A DNA stretch of 64,000 nt from assembly GCA_024704765.1 (NCBI GenBank), contig JAKMXF010000326.1:124001-188000 (forward strand), written 5' to 3'. Shown here one piece after another: positions 1 through 13,260 of this stretch. The first letter of the stretch is position 1, and the number at the start of each line of letters is the position of its first letter. The notes beneath the pieces were generated by a model. It was given only the letters and a program-made list of their open reading frames with translations, searched no databases and was not told where the DNA came from. Origin of the DNA: Oopsacas minuta (Eukaryota > Animalia > Porifera). The translations under genes and the position numbers were made by a program.

Positions 1-999
1 TTGTAATTAGTGCCTAGAAGATGATTGTCAACACATCAAAGCTTTAGAATCGCTTTAAAAGACGAATGTTTCCTTCTTCTTGTCCTCTAACAATAAGATT
101 TCGTTATCTTCATAAATTTTGAAGGAGGTTCATGTGTTCTACACCAAGAAAATCTATATACTTTTAAATTATCTGGTAATCACTCTTATTGCATTGATTG
201 TACAGGCCCTTTCCTAGAAAAGAAATCTATGAGTGTGTATCAGCAAACACAAGCACCAAATATACACAGAAAAATCTCAGATTATAATACAATGGTAATC
301 AATACTGTAACAAACACACCCATTCCACATTCTCTGACGCTAAAATTGAAACAAGTTTATTGTAGTCAGTTATCCAATGGACTTGATCTACTTTAAGATT
401 TGAAATCAGAAATACTTATGGTAACTATTTTGTACCAGTAATCCTACAAAATGGTAATAATAGCGTAATATAATGACAAAAGCAAATAGGTTTGTATTCT
501 ATTACTATACATTGTATTTTATATAGTTCTCACCACGTTGGGTATTTTTAGTCTGTACAGTAATTTGTGATGGTCCATGTCAATATGAGAAAGGTTATCA
601 AGGTCATGACACACCTTCTATTAAATCAGAATTACAGCTAACTAATCCATTACGGACTCCTTCATGAGTATAATAAGGCATCCATTATATACGTTATTGT
701 CACTACAATTATTCAACAATCTATTAAGTCAAGCTTAGGTTGTCTTTCTTGTGAAAGTGTATTATCCACGTTTATTTGTTTTAGATGACAGTAGAAATTG
801 TATGTAGCAACAGAAAGGCTACTGAATAGAGTCCCGCTAATTTTTTAACCTATACAGTGAATACCTGTAGGCGTAATAAATTAATGCTAAATGTATTACT
901 ATGTATATAATACACATATCAAACTTATTATTATTATACGAATTTCTGTATTGATATTCGGAAAAGATACTCTTGAAGAAGAAACAGGATTGTCCTGGT

Positions 1000-2210
1000 C
1001 ATAAATGAACTTTGTATGAACCTAAGCGTGGGCGTTTACTTCGCAAAAAACGAATTTAGGAAGAAGAGCGTCTTAAGAAACAGAGGTATCGACAAGCCAT
1101 TCTGAGATCTTCCAAATCTGATTACAAGACCTCTCAGCGCTTAAAGTATCTGCGATCTCTTCAAGCTAATCTAAGAGAAAGTGTATCTGAGGATCGATCC
1201 GCTAAGCGCAGAGATCTCTACCGTGCCGGTAAAGCTAATCTGGGACAAATTGAATCTGATGATAGATCCGCTGGGCGATTAGAGTACCAGCGAGTTCTTC
1301 ATGCTAATTTCAGAAGCAAAGAGTCTGAGCACGAGCACAATGTTCGTCTGCGGTCTAAGATGAGTTATGCTAAAAGTAAGTGATTAACTTCTAAGAGATT
1401 TCTTAACTTAGATCGATCGCAACTTACATGTAAGGTTAGTGATACTATCGTATCCCAACATTAACTCGATTACATATCCTTTTGCTGTAATTTATGCGCT
1501 GCAGTGTTTTGGCGATATGAAAAACTATCTGCCAGCACTAAGGCATGTATTAAGTTCTCCCTTTGTTGTGGGGTGCGGAGGGTTGTTTTACCCCCTTTAG
1601 ATTCCACATCTGAGCTGCTGACTCACTTAAAGCTTCTGGTTAAAGACCTGGCGAATTCAGGAGTAATACATGTGCCCATAAGACAAGTCTTGTGATTATT
1701 CGTTTAGAGCCAACGGTGATAACGAACTGGGCAACGCTAAGCTTGGTGTCTATTCGCTCAGTATAAATGGGGTAGTACACCATTCAATTGGTAGATTAAT
1801 CCCCGAATTAGGAGAGCCGCCTAAATTCGCTCAAATATATGTCCACGACGGGACCCAAGAAGCTGAGTTAGAAAAGCGTTTGAGACACATGGGCGTACTG
1901 TCTCCCTGAATTGAAGGGAGTACAACAGATGTTAGACGAGGTTAACCCAAATGTTCTTGCTTCAGACATGCTATAGATCATATGTGTAGCATGAATGCAA
2001 TGGATCTAAAACTCACTATACTTTAAGGTGGTATTGGAGATCCATGTACATATTCTGTCCCTTCTGTAATTGAGATTGCAGGTTATTCAGAAACATTGGT
2101 GAACAGAGAGATTATTCTGTATGCCAGACATGGTGGAATCAAAAAGATAACAGAATTAAACGGTTCTTATGAATCATTCCATTATGCATTCCTATTCACA
2201 TTAGAACGAG
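1000..2210 (+). mobile_element. Helitron Rep/helicase 5' remnant (pseudogene)
   Basis: Arg/Glu-rich repeats at ~1060-1380, then CNLCAAVFWRYE..FSLCC..VVLPPL (1485-1695), GVYSLSINGVVHHSIGRLIPELGEPPKFAQIYVHD (~1745-1850) and REIILYARHGGIKKITELNGSYESFHYAFLF (~2105-2200). These are collinear with the N-terminal region of animal Helitron RepHel proteins. Multiple stops/frameshifts; helicase part absent. Confidence 0.75.
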
Positions 2211-3289
2211 TGTGAAGTTAGCTGAATATTTGACCAGCAGTACTTCAACCATTAATTTGACTAACTTCTCAACTCAGAATATAAATATTTTTGGGCCATT
2301 CGAAAGAAAAGATACGAACGTTTCTGAAAATGAATTTATGTTTGATCTCAGTTGACACAATATGAATTACTTAATAGACTATAGATTATACAAAGTAATT
2401 TCAACTATGTCATAGCATTAGTTTCCATATATTCAAAAATAGATTATATCTAATAAATGTTAGAAATGTCGAATAGAATGGATGATTCAGAATTATTTGC
2501 TAATTTTCAATGAATTAATCAACTAAAGTTAGATGCAACATGAAATACTTGTAATAAGATACATATCCACATGATAATTTCCTCATTTGAAATACAAAAC
2601 AATGTTGCTGGAGAGTAAACCTCTTGAAATAGTCCTTTGGTATTCTATAAATTTTATCGTATATTTCATCCATTCATAAACAAAATCCAATATTTTATCA
2701 CTTTCGTCAAAATTCTTTCACGACTAGACAAATCCTTCCCATTTGTAAATCTACAAATCTAATTCTTATACAAGTATAATTGACTAAAGCATAGCCTTCT
2801 TTATATCAGGCCTGAAATCAAATGTACAAGGGATGAAGTAGTGTACGATTAAAGATGATCTAGAACTCCTTTTATTCCAATACTTACCTCAATTTATATT
2901 ACCTCACTTAGTAACTATTCCACTCTAGAAATTATTCGCCACAATATGTAACTCTAAATTGATAATGGTATCAAAATGGATAATATTGGTGAATAACAGA
3001 TAATCATGGTGCATGGTAACTGAAGAGAGAATTACTTCAACATAAGGAAATCCTCAAGATATCCAACTTGATTTACTAAACTCTTCCGTCTCTTCTAAGT
3101 AAATCAATGTCAGTGACAATAGGATTCTCCTAGATGATCCTTGCAAAAACATTGCCATCAAGTTGTCTTTGGTTTCAACCGCAGGTAACGTTTTGTCACT
3201 ATTGAGCCGAGTACAATATGAGTGTGATATTTAAGGCCACCGCGGTCGGTTAACTACAAGATCCTAAACTCCGGTTGAGACATTTGGTG

Positions 3290-5750
3290 AAAAATCTTAA
3301 TAAATTGTCAATAGTTTAAGAGAAACATTGCCTTGTAGAGCATTTATAGGAGCTTATGTAATGCCAACGCAGCAATGAAAGTTAAAGATTGAAGGGTTTG
3401 TGAACTGCACTCAATTGAAGTTAAATCCTCAATTTATTCAAGAAAGGCTCCACATCGACATCATCATTGCCTGTAACATCAGCTGAACAGAATGAATAAA
3501 TTAATGTTTGATTTGAATCTAAGCCAGAGTCCTGTTGACCAACAGAGAACTTCAAGATGTTGATATCTACAGGCGGCGTCAGTTTCAAGGATTTGAAGAT
3601 AAGAAATATGATAGTTTGATCCAGACATCATACGATTGAGGCCAAAATGGTGTTCTAGTGAGTCTGTCTGTAAAAAGGAGCTCAATAAGTAGGTAAAGCC
3701 ACATTCGCCAGTTAGATAGTTTGTAATCTGTGGTAAGATTGTACAAACATGTTGAAGCTTGTAAACGTTTGCTAACTTAACTTTCCCAAGTTGTTTTGCA
3801 AAGCTTGCAAAGCCTCTAACCACAATACAACACAAGCCAAGGATGAAATCGTTCGTCTTAGATTTTAGAGGTCTTGAGATATCGTCATTCAAACGTTGAA
3901 CTTTAAGCGGAGAGTTTATATTGAATAATTTTCAAATTCTATAGAGGATATCAACAAAGTCATGTGTATTGCTTCTGGTTTCCAGGGAACGGAGTTCATT
4001 CTGTAACTTCAAGGCTGCAAGAGTCGATTCGTTGACTACCTTCAAAACTAATTTTACATTCTGGCGTTCAATTGCATAAGGAAAACAAGCTTTGATGCTA
4101 AGTTAGGTGCAAGCTTAGCTAAAGATTCTTTTTCTAAATTGTAAACGAGACAGTTATCACCAAAGGATGTAGAAAAAAATTGATCAGGATATTGACAATA
4201 ATCTAACTTAAAATTCTGAAAGTTTGGAAATGAAAGATTTTGTGAACACATCTTTCTGATTTAACCAGTTATTTCGAATGCTTATTTCAAATGTGTACAA
4301 AGTCAAAGTAAGAAATAGTGTCCTTTCATTTTCAGAAGGGTGTGGTAAATAAGTTTCTAACATTTTAGTTGGAGAGAATAACTTGAATATGTCCACATTC
4401 AAAGGGTGATTAACGGTAGAAATAATCTGTACTTTTAAACCACAAGATTCGATATCCAAAATGCAAGACTTGATGATAGGGAAGAGATATTCAGCAGTTA
4501 TGGACACACAAGGAATTAAACGAGAAACGCAGGACCACTTTTTAAATAACCTAGAGAGCATGATAGTAAACATAATTCTTGTTGAATTTTCAGGTGATAT
4601 GTTTGGACCATAGACTTTCCCACCTTTATAAGAAATATCAGACTTTCATGGATCTCATCCATCTGAACAATCACATCTTCTCTTGATGGGAAATGAAGAT
4701 GTAACTTGGCTGAGATATGCACAAAAGCCGTTTTTTAGACCAAAAGAAGACTATAATTTCTCTAATGTAAGAGATGTGGCAAAGAAATACAACCTAAACT
4801 CCGTAGAATGGTGTAACAAACAGGGAATATGAGATGCGTTTTGATAGCCATTATCTGTGTAATAATATTTACCTCCTTCTCTTCTTGTGAACACAAGCCT
4901 CTAATTGACCAAGAATATATTGTAATCATGGTAATTTCGAACAATTGGACACTTCGCCACCATCCAGTAGATTATATACGGCCTCCCCAATATATTCTTT
5001 TGCTTTAGAGACATGCAGAAGATGTTTTCTTCTCAAGAAAAGTGATACGCTTCTGAATAATCTCTGATAAGAGAGATTCAATTTGTCAAATTTCAGTGAC
5101 AGAGTTAAGCAAGAGAAGAAGTAATTTCCCATAAATATAACCTGCTACAGATAAAAAGCAATTTACCTCAAGGGAAACATCTACACATATGTTATGATCA
5201 TCAATGTTAGCCAGAAAAAACCTTGCACAATTATCTGATGTAATCCATACCAACCAGACAGTAAAGAGTGTAACTAGAGATAATTTCTTTCGCAATTGTT
5301 GCATGCAATCGACACTAAACTACTTTCTCTCATCTTTTGATCTCAGGCTTAGATAGGTTGCTTGATTCAACAAGTCATCCTCTTTGGAGTCAAAAGAAAA
5401 CGTATACGTTTAGTTCCAATTAACGAGGAGAGGGTTGATAAATAATATGGAGGACAGCCTGGAAGTAAAGAAGGAACAGCACCAAATTTTAATATTGGTC
5501 TTCAGCGCGGGGTCATCAGAGAATGAACCATCTCCTCTAGGTACTATGTGGAAATATTCTATATCTTCCTTCTGGAACTGCTCTCACACAAGTACATAGT
5601 CTTAAAGTCAGCGATATTCTCACGATGGGGAGCATTTATCGAAGCGTGTCTTAGCTCAGGAGAACCTTCTTGAAGTTTCAAGACTGGAACATTATCTTCT
5701 GGGGTATAATTTCCCTTACTTACAGGGGCAGATCAATTTGGCATTGATAA
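3290..5750 (-). mobile_element. P-element-superfamily (THAP9-like) transposase, degraded
   Basis: THAP-like N-terminus near 5560-5745 (MPN..A..KGNY..VPV.KL..HRENIADFKTMYLCE), VIVQMDEIH (first catalytic D, ORF 4516-4722), RLIPCVSITAEYLFPIIKSCILDIESCGLKVQIIST (ORF 4208-4573) and FLQTDSLEHHFGLNRMMSGSNYHIS (ORF 3479-3892). TIRs not identified; boundaries approximate. Confidence 0.85.
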
Positions 5751-6026
5751 AAGCGAATTTAGTGATAAAGTGTTAACCCATAGCATATGTAATGTAATTC
5801 TAATCAGTAATATCTATTTACCATTGAAAAGGTTGATCTAACAGTGATCTGAAGATATAAGACATGTAAATAATAATATGAGATAGTAGAGTTAATAATA
5901 AATCGTACACCACTTCATCCCTAGTGCAAAATTATTTGTTGATAGCAGGCCTTATTAGAGTTGGCTATGACTAAGGTTTGTTGTCTATTTTAAAAATGCA
6001 ATATTTTTCGAATAGTACGGCGGAAA

Positions 6027-6525
6027 CAGTGGCGTAACAAACTTTAAATTTGGGGGGGGCAATAAATCTTAGAAAGCAAAATGATCTAGGCAAAATGATC
6101 TAGGAATCAACATTTTCAGATAGAGATTTGAAAAAATAATCTAAATTCATGCTAATAAAAGATAGAAATTGGAATAAATATTCACTGAATCAAAACGTTT
6201 CATTCTTTGGAAAGGTTGTGTTATGCTATAAAAGCCAGCGCGCGATTTATAAATAAAACTAAGTAAATGTTATAGGTATATTAGAAATGAATGAAGGACT
6301 AGTAAAAATCCATGACATTAGACTAGTTTGAAACTTTGAATGTGATGTTTATGGATGGAGAATATAGTAGTGACACATTTATTCAACAAATAATAATTTT
6401 AATGTTCCTATTTGTCATTACTATTCGCTTCGTGGAATAAATCATTTCCCAGAGATGGGGGAGCAAGAATTGTAAAATGGGGGACCAATGCTCCCCCCAG
6501 CCCCCCCCCCACAGTTACGCCTATG
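6027..6525. mobile_element. hAT-type MITE with 8-bp TSD
   Basis: Ends CAGTGGCGTAAC / GTTACGCCTATG (imperfect TIR) with subterminal G and C runs; identical GGCGGAAA at 6019-6026 and 6526-6533. Confidence 0.8.
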
Positions 6526-7155
6526 GGCGGAAAGATTATATATTTCGAGATTTCTTCAGGGGGGCGATACTCGAAGAAGGGCTACTTACTATTCGTGAAA
6601 AAGGTATCAAAATTCTGCCCTGTATATCAAAGATTGTATTATTTTCTTCATATTTTAGAATTATACTTTCGTTTCGACCCTCCTTCAATGGAAACAAATA
6701 GTTTCATTACTCCATGTGGAATCAATGTTCCAAAATGGAAACTCATTTCTTCTATTTAAATTATTTACATCTCATCGGAATGCGTGCTAGATTTGTAATA
6801 ATCAGTTGCTATAACAAATGTTAGATTTATCTTGATACGTTTTCTGGTGAATACGGCGAATATAGCAATTATGTTGCTTTTTTAGTTCCGCAAGAGCTTC
6901 AGCTGTTACTTTTGTATATCGAATCCACTTTCAATTTTTACAAAGAGGTTGTGAGTCCATTTCCTGTTGGCCCTAGCGTTAGTGATTCTATTTGAGGTAT
7001 TATTTGTATAAATCTATATGGCTGCAATAATCCGGCTCAATGAAATACATTTATTTGAAATGGAAAATAATTCACACAATATTTGTGTGTTAACCGAGCG
7101 AGTAACCGATCCATCAGTCTGGCCTCAGTCATCAATAGATTTCATGCTCTATAAA

Positions 7156-7490
7156 CAGAGGCGTCGATCTTGGGGGGGCAAGGGGGGCTCTTGCCCCCCT
7201 AATATTTATTTTTGGGGACGAGAGTGTCTTCGCCCCTTAATATTATTTATCATTATTAATTTATCATCATTTTTATTATTGATTAATACTACAACTCTCT
7301 ACAAGTTGTATTATTTTGCAGTTATACAATTATTGCCACAATTTGGCCTCGTATGTATATGAATTTTAAAGGCATAAAACAAATTGTCCAGCTTTCTTCA
7401 CTTTATGTAGACCACCAATTTAGTAATATTATTTAAATTTGTTCGCTAGAGTTTTTGCCCTCCCAATAAATTATGCGATCGACGCCTCTG
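7156..7490. mobile_element. MITE with perfect 14-bp TIR
   Basis: CAGAGGCGTCGATC ... GATCGACGCCTCTG with G-rich subterminal tract; same terminal motif as the hAT end at ~19483-19495. No matching TSD seen. Confidence 0.65.
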
Positions 7491-7743
7491 CATGCATATG
7501 GATGCTCATGATAGGGTTACCTGATATGCCCGGAATATATATTTGATGGTCTAATTATCACTACTTCTTAAATTGTTTTGTCAATAAATTTCCACCCGCA
7601 ATGCGTCAAAGGATTGCACATAGTATTGACTTACATTTCCCGATTTTACAGAATCGGGTCACAAACCTATTTCGAATTGGCATATATTATACATTACCTC
7701 AGATACACTTGGTAAGGATTTTGGTCTGCCTCTTTCAGTATAT

Positions 7744-8135
7744 ATAGTACAGCATAGCAATTGCCAATACCTTGCATTATCTCATTTTATCTTAGGTACA
7801 GAAAACAATTTGACATACTAAAGCACAATCTGATAAATCAATTTATCAACTCTCCTCAATATCACTTCGACCTTATGAGGCGATCAGGACGTTTTAATGA
7901 ACACTGATTACATGAACGTTCCGATACCGTCTTTGTATCAAATGAGTTGGGCACAAATATTGAATTAATCATGCTAGGTGCTATCACTGGAGTTGATAAA
8001 TTTGTAACTTATTGTCAAGCTGCTGATTGTGTAAATTGGGATACTTTGTGTTCCGATTTAGAAGGACAAAATAGTCTATACTATATCACACTCTTAGCGG
8101 AAAAGCACGCAGTGAACATTTTGATACTATAAACT
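7744..8135 (+). pseudogene. OTU-like cysteine protease remnant (possibly Helitron-associated)
   Basis: Across frames: HSNCQYLALSHFILGTEN (Cys motif), GTNIELIMLGAITGVD (WG..EL motif) and SEHFDT (His motif), in OTU order; frameshifted. Confidence 0.5.
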
Positions 8136-8169
8136 TCAAAGATTATGTACAAATAATTACATTTAAAAT

Positions 8170-8350
8170 TTTCAACATTTTTACCCGGCCCCAGAAACGC
8201 ATACCACGAATGCATTTATACTCACAAAACAACATCCGACATAATTGCGGAATACGACAAAATATACAGTTATTTAACACTTTTATCGGACCCACAAACA
8301 AATACTACGAATAAAGTTATATTCACAAAACAACATCCAACATAATTGGG
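8170..8350. repeat. Two-copy ~100-bp tandem duplication
   Basis: ...TATACTCACAAAACAACATCCGACATAATT (~8217) repeated as ...TATATTCACAAAACAACATCCAACATAATT (~8319), with similar upstream sequence. Confidence 0.5.
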
Positions 8351-9759
8351 CCATATAACTAAATTTACAACAAAAGAACACACATACCCTCTTACACACC
8401 AGCTTGAGAATCAGATATTCTCGCGATATGCGTTGCGCTGCTTACAAAGAGTTCTGAATGAGAACCTTGTCCATCCCCCAATTTTGGTGGTGAAAGTTTC
8501 ATTCTGTCACGCACGAGAGCTGCTGTAAGTTTCTCTCATATTAAACCAAAATAGTATGTTAGATCGAAACTGTATAGCGCTTAACAAATTGTTGGTTACT
8601 ATTACAAATTACGAAATTACACAAACACCACTTCACATACACAACCTCCTGGTCGTTTTGGGAACAAACTCATGTCAAACTAAATTCAACATCATATATG
8701 TTGACATAATCTATTCAACACGCCTTCATCCTCTCATTAAATCCCAATAACATAATATTTTCTCTAAGACAGAGAATTCAATATTGCAAGAAAGTAAATT
8801 TCAGGTAATTAAATTCAAAAATTATTGTGTTGAGTAATATTATTGTAAAATAACTCTAGATTTGATAGCAAGATAATATAATGCTCTCATTATAGACCCC
8901 AACGACACAGTATTTTCACAAGACAGAAGAATTACAAGAACAACGAAATACATTCCAAGTCAAACACAGATAAGCGCGGAAGGGCCGTATTAGCCAAAAA
9001 TTATTGAACTAACGAGACATTGATGCCTTTTTGGGAAACGTAATTGAGGCGTATCAGCAGATAACAATGGATTTCGATATGTAATATAAAGTATTGCCAG
9101 GAACGTGGTGAATCCGAATTTCACATTTTCAAGTTTCTCATATATGAATACCATATTGTTTATTTTCAAAATTTTTCTGTGGGTCAAGCCCCCAACCCAC
9201 CATTACTGTGGCGAGCTTCGCACGCTTCGGGCCCCCGTCAAGAAGATCTTGTATCCGCTCCTGTTTAGCTTGAAATATTTCCTTAGACTTAGTCCTGTTG
9301 ACCACTCTTGTGGTATTCATGTCCTATTTGTGTAATTACTACTCCAGAGAGAGTCATATTGACGGATTACCGAAAGAAGAAGTCATACCTATTTAAAATA
9401 GTGCGTGGATTCCAAGTAGTTGGTTGCGGAAAACAGTATGTCAGTACCCAAGAGATGGGCTATCTCTACCATCATTTGGCATTTTAATAGTTGACCGAGT
9501 CCCTAGATCCTTTCCGGAAATGTTACGAACAGTTACACTACTTTAAACAGCTGAAAAGGTATATAATATGGTCTTGTTAATCGCCATAGTTCATCAATTA
9601 TTAAATTCTCATCTACGACCCAATCTATAACAGGAATATTTCAGTTTTCTATATTGGATGACAAAGAATTAACTATAGTAATCGATCTATCACTCGGTAT
9701 CCGAGAAACTTAATGAGGTAGATCTTTTATAGAGGAAAATGGTCAACTTCAAAATTCAT

Positions 9760-11760
9760 TTATGTCCTATGAATTTGATGTACTGCACTCAGAGATGTTA
9801 AGTCCCTACCCTTTAGTTTCGAACCTACTACTGAAAATCATAAATATAGTTGAAAATGTATACTCATGTAGGACTAGAAACCCTGTACTCTTCTTGTCTG
9901 AGCGGACTATTATAATTTTTCAGCTTTTGAACATCAGTACAGGTGAGTCTATGAAGTATCAGATTTACTATATTATCATGTAAATGATAGTATAACGTTT
10001 TATAACATTATATACAGGGTGGCCCATAAGTTCTGTCCCACAGATAAAAGGCCATAATTTTGGCAAAACTCAATGAAATTACTTAAAATTTTAACACAAT
10101 AACGCACACATTATTTGGATAATAATTTATTATGCTTATTCAATATATCCACCTTTTTTCTTTATTACAGCCCTAAGTCGTGAAACAACCGCCTCTATTG
10201 CATTCACTTCAAGCAGGTATTATTGATCGCTTCAGGGCCTCCAAATTATTCTGGGATTTACAACGAGCCTTTGTTTGTAATATTGACCAAACTGGGAAGT
10301 CTATAGGGTTAAGATCCAGACTAGATGGGAGTCATGTCTGTTTGGAAATAAAGTCAGGAATTTCGGAGTGAAGCCAGCTTTGAGTGGTATTTGCTGTATG
10401 AGCAGGGGCACTGTCTTGTTGGAACAAAAAGGGTTCATTGTTAAACATCGACTTGCCAAGTTCTTTGACTATATGCTTTAGAGCAAGGTTTTTGTAAGTT
10501 TGAGCATATATTTTTACCCCAGTTAGGATGAAAACTATCGGAGTCCGGCCAAGTGAGGATATTCCAGCCCAAACCATAACATAACATGGTTTTTGTACTC
10601 TTTTACATATCTGTACTCCTCAGGGATGGCAGACGCTGTAAAAGACAATATTCTGTCGTTTTGTTGATTATAAGCTTCCTCTACTATAAATAATATCTCA
10701 TCTGAGAACAGGGCGTGATCAAGACCTTGGATAGCGAACCGGTCAATGAGACCTTTGCTTCTCTTCAGCCTCTTCTCCTTCATTTCCTTTGAAATATAGT
10801 GTACTTTACGTTTTGTAAATGAGAATAAATCCATGTCTCTTTTGACAATTCTTTGGAGGGAAGAATGAGGTACCTTGAGCTCTGAAGCTATTTTTTCACC
10901 GATCGACTGGGATTTCGTCATACACGACCTCTTACGATCTTCCTCACCCCTGTTGTCATTGCAAATGCGGGACGACCAGATCTGGGCTTGTCAGAGACGC
11001 TGCCAGTATCCTTATACCTATTAATGGTACGGTATATAAACTTTCCCCTCGTTTTAGGAATATTGAGAATCTTCAAAATTTCACTTTGATCTTTCCCTTT
11101 TCGAAATAATTCGACAATTGTCACCCTTTCCGTTTCCATCGAGGAATTTGTCTAGATAAAACTATGAGATGTTAAGACCAACAGTTTAGAATATTTATAA
11201 GACTATATAGAAGCATGAAAAGCAAAACCAATTACCTAGCTTTACCATACAATCCATTATCATGTATTAAAATATGGGACAGAACTTATGGGCCACTCTG
11301 TAGATTATCGAAATATCACCCCAACGATAGAAAGGATGGGCAAAGGTGTTTGAAAAGTTACCTACTTCATATGATTCACCGCGGAATTGTAACCATGTCT
11401 TGTCGCCACGGTATAAGTTATGGCTTTAAGATACTTAAGTCAGGGGATCAATATTTACCATTTTCAACATCTTGATGAAGTACTTCATCGTTCCACCCAA
11501 ATGCTTAATCTACAATAATGTTATTTACCTTCACAATACAAATTTAATAAGGTAGGCAAGTTGAATATTTTCTATTATTTTTAGGGATCCTCCAAATTTC
11601 CGAAAGTCAACATTTTTGAATGGCATGTTCCATTCTACTAGCAATGAATGTATCCCAGGATACATCCAAACCTGAGAAGTTTTAATTATGAACTCTAAAA
11701 TCTGTACACTGCTATACTCTCTCTTACGACCTATGTCTCCCAGCTGTCTACTATGGAATT
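9760..11760 (+). mobile_element. KDZ (Kyakuja/Dileera/Zisupton)-like transposase remnant interrupted by a maT element
   Basis: After the maT insertion: KY..NDRK...CLKSY...RGIVTMSCRHGISYGFKIL (11305-11445), DPPNFRKSTFLNGMFH..NEC.PGY (~11585-11670) and MNSKIC..L.SLLR (~11690). These resemble the C.HG..YGF, D.FH..H..C and NSQ..EQ.N motifs of KDZ transposases. 5' boundary uncertain. Confidence 0.55.
10015..11300 (-). mobile_element. Tc1/mariner maT (DD37D) element, full-length, inactivated
   Basis: TIR CAGGGTGGCCCATAAGTTCTGTCCCA / TGGGACAGAACTTATGGGCCACTCTG, TA on both sides. Transposase fragments from 11139 (METERVTIVELF..SGRP; LFSDE; QQDSAPAH..DLNPID, with 37 residues between D2 and D3 counting through one internal stop). 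Confidence 0.93.
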
Positions 11761-12461
11761 AGAAAATAAATATTATAACTCTCTTTTTATTAAACCAGAC
11801 CAACATAGATTCATTGGATAAATTTATATAAATATAATATATGATGCATAATACATTCACTCATTCTAGTTCTATAATTTTAAGGGAACCAGTTATGAAA
11901 AAATAGAGGAGATGTGAGATAGTGCATTGTCCCATGTATTTACTGAAGAATTCGGGCATGTCACATGAAGATAAGAGAAGAATATTAATTTATTTCCTCG
12001 TACTATACATAAGTTGACCCACACCCGTCTGAAGTGTTAGGAATGGGGATACATGCTGTGTAATCAAACATTTAGACTAAAGCGATCACAATTGATTTGA
12101 CCCCACCTACATGAGGAATAATTGATCTTGAGTACAAGAGCTGTGGAAATAGCAGTAGCAAACAATTCGAAACCTGACGGTCCTCCCTGTTATTGAACTT
12201 TTGCCTAACGTATTTGAAACAATATTTCTGAGGGTAAATCTGTGTTAACCGAACATCCACCTGTTCTGTTCTCGTATCAAACAGTAAATCAAATTTATTC
12301 CCAGTACCTTCTTTTCAGTACAGAAACAAATCAATTGTTAAAAACACAATTAAAGGAAAAAGAAAAATCAAGTTTATTGTAATATATTATACATAATGCG
12401 CATGCGGTGAGTTATGCGGAGAATGCGGGAAGCAAATCCGCAATATAATCTTAAATATATA

Positions 12462-12933
12462 CAGGGTCGGCGGAACAGGGGCGTCCTGAGCTGCCCCACT
12501 TTTTATGTGGGTCTTTGGTACTTAAAATTCCGCGGGCGTGGTTAGCGATAATATTTCTTTGATCTTCGATATAATTCAGTTTTGTATATTTGAGTTAGCG
12601 AGATGGCCACGATCACAGGAAAAATGTGTTTTGCACCTAGTCTAACTCGGAGGATTTTCTATAATAAAATTACAATTTTGTTATAAATTACTATTGCAGA
12701 ATTAGATGTATAAATTTAACCACTTAGTTTGAATAGCCATAACTTATGCTCAACTTTTATTTGCATTGAGAACCAATGAAATCTCTAAGGGAGTTGTTTT
12801 CAAACTCTAAGACTCTATTTCATAATTGTAATGTATATTTGAGGGGTACTCGATCCCTCAAATGTATTTTATCTACTCTGCGATCATCACAATTCAAGGC
12901 CGCCCCACCTCTCGCTAGCCTCCGCCGGGCATG
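12462..12933. mobile_element. Probable hAT-type MITE
   Basis: Imperfect TIRs CAGGGTCGGCGGA / TCCGCCGGGCATG; flanks AATATATA and AATATATG (7/8 match). Confidence 0.5.
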
Positions 12934-13260
12934 AATATATGGTTAATTTAGCTCAAGGATCTATCATCCAAGGATGTTAAGAACAATTGCGAAAATTAGA
13001 AAACTGCTTTCGAACTTATCGCCTGTTTCAACTTAAACAATGGCGCTTCGCTTGCCCGCACTAAGCAGTTGCGAATACTTCGTGTCCACACTTTGACCTA
13101 TGGCCATTAAGTAATTAAATTCATAATGTTAACCACAGCAAACGTGACACTGCCACAATCATCAATTCTGTTGAATTTATGTCCCCATAAGAGAACAAAT
13201 ATTTATGAAATGCTGTTTACAATATCATATTTGGACTCAGCAAATTCGATCACCTCTATA

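Noticed and set aside
1-3200. Coding-looking minus-strand stretches at ~1-800 and ~2650-3200
   Set aside because: Many stops and no recognisable motif; cannot be assigned.
5946-5975. CAGGCCTTATT as a P-element TIR
   Set aside because: No matching inverted copy or TSD found at the other end of the element.
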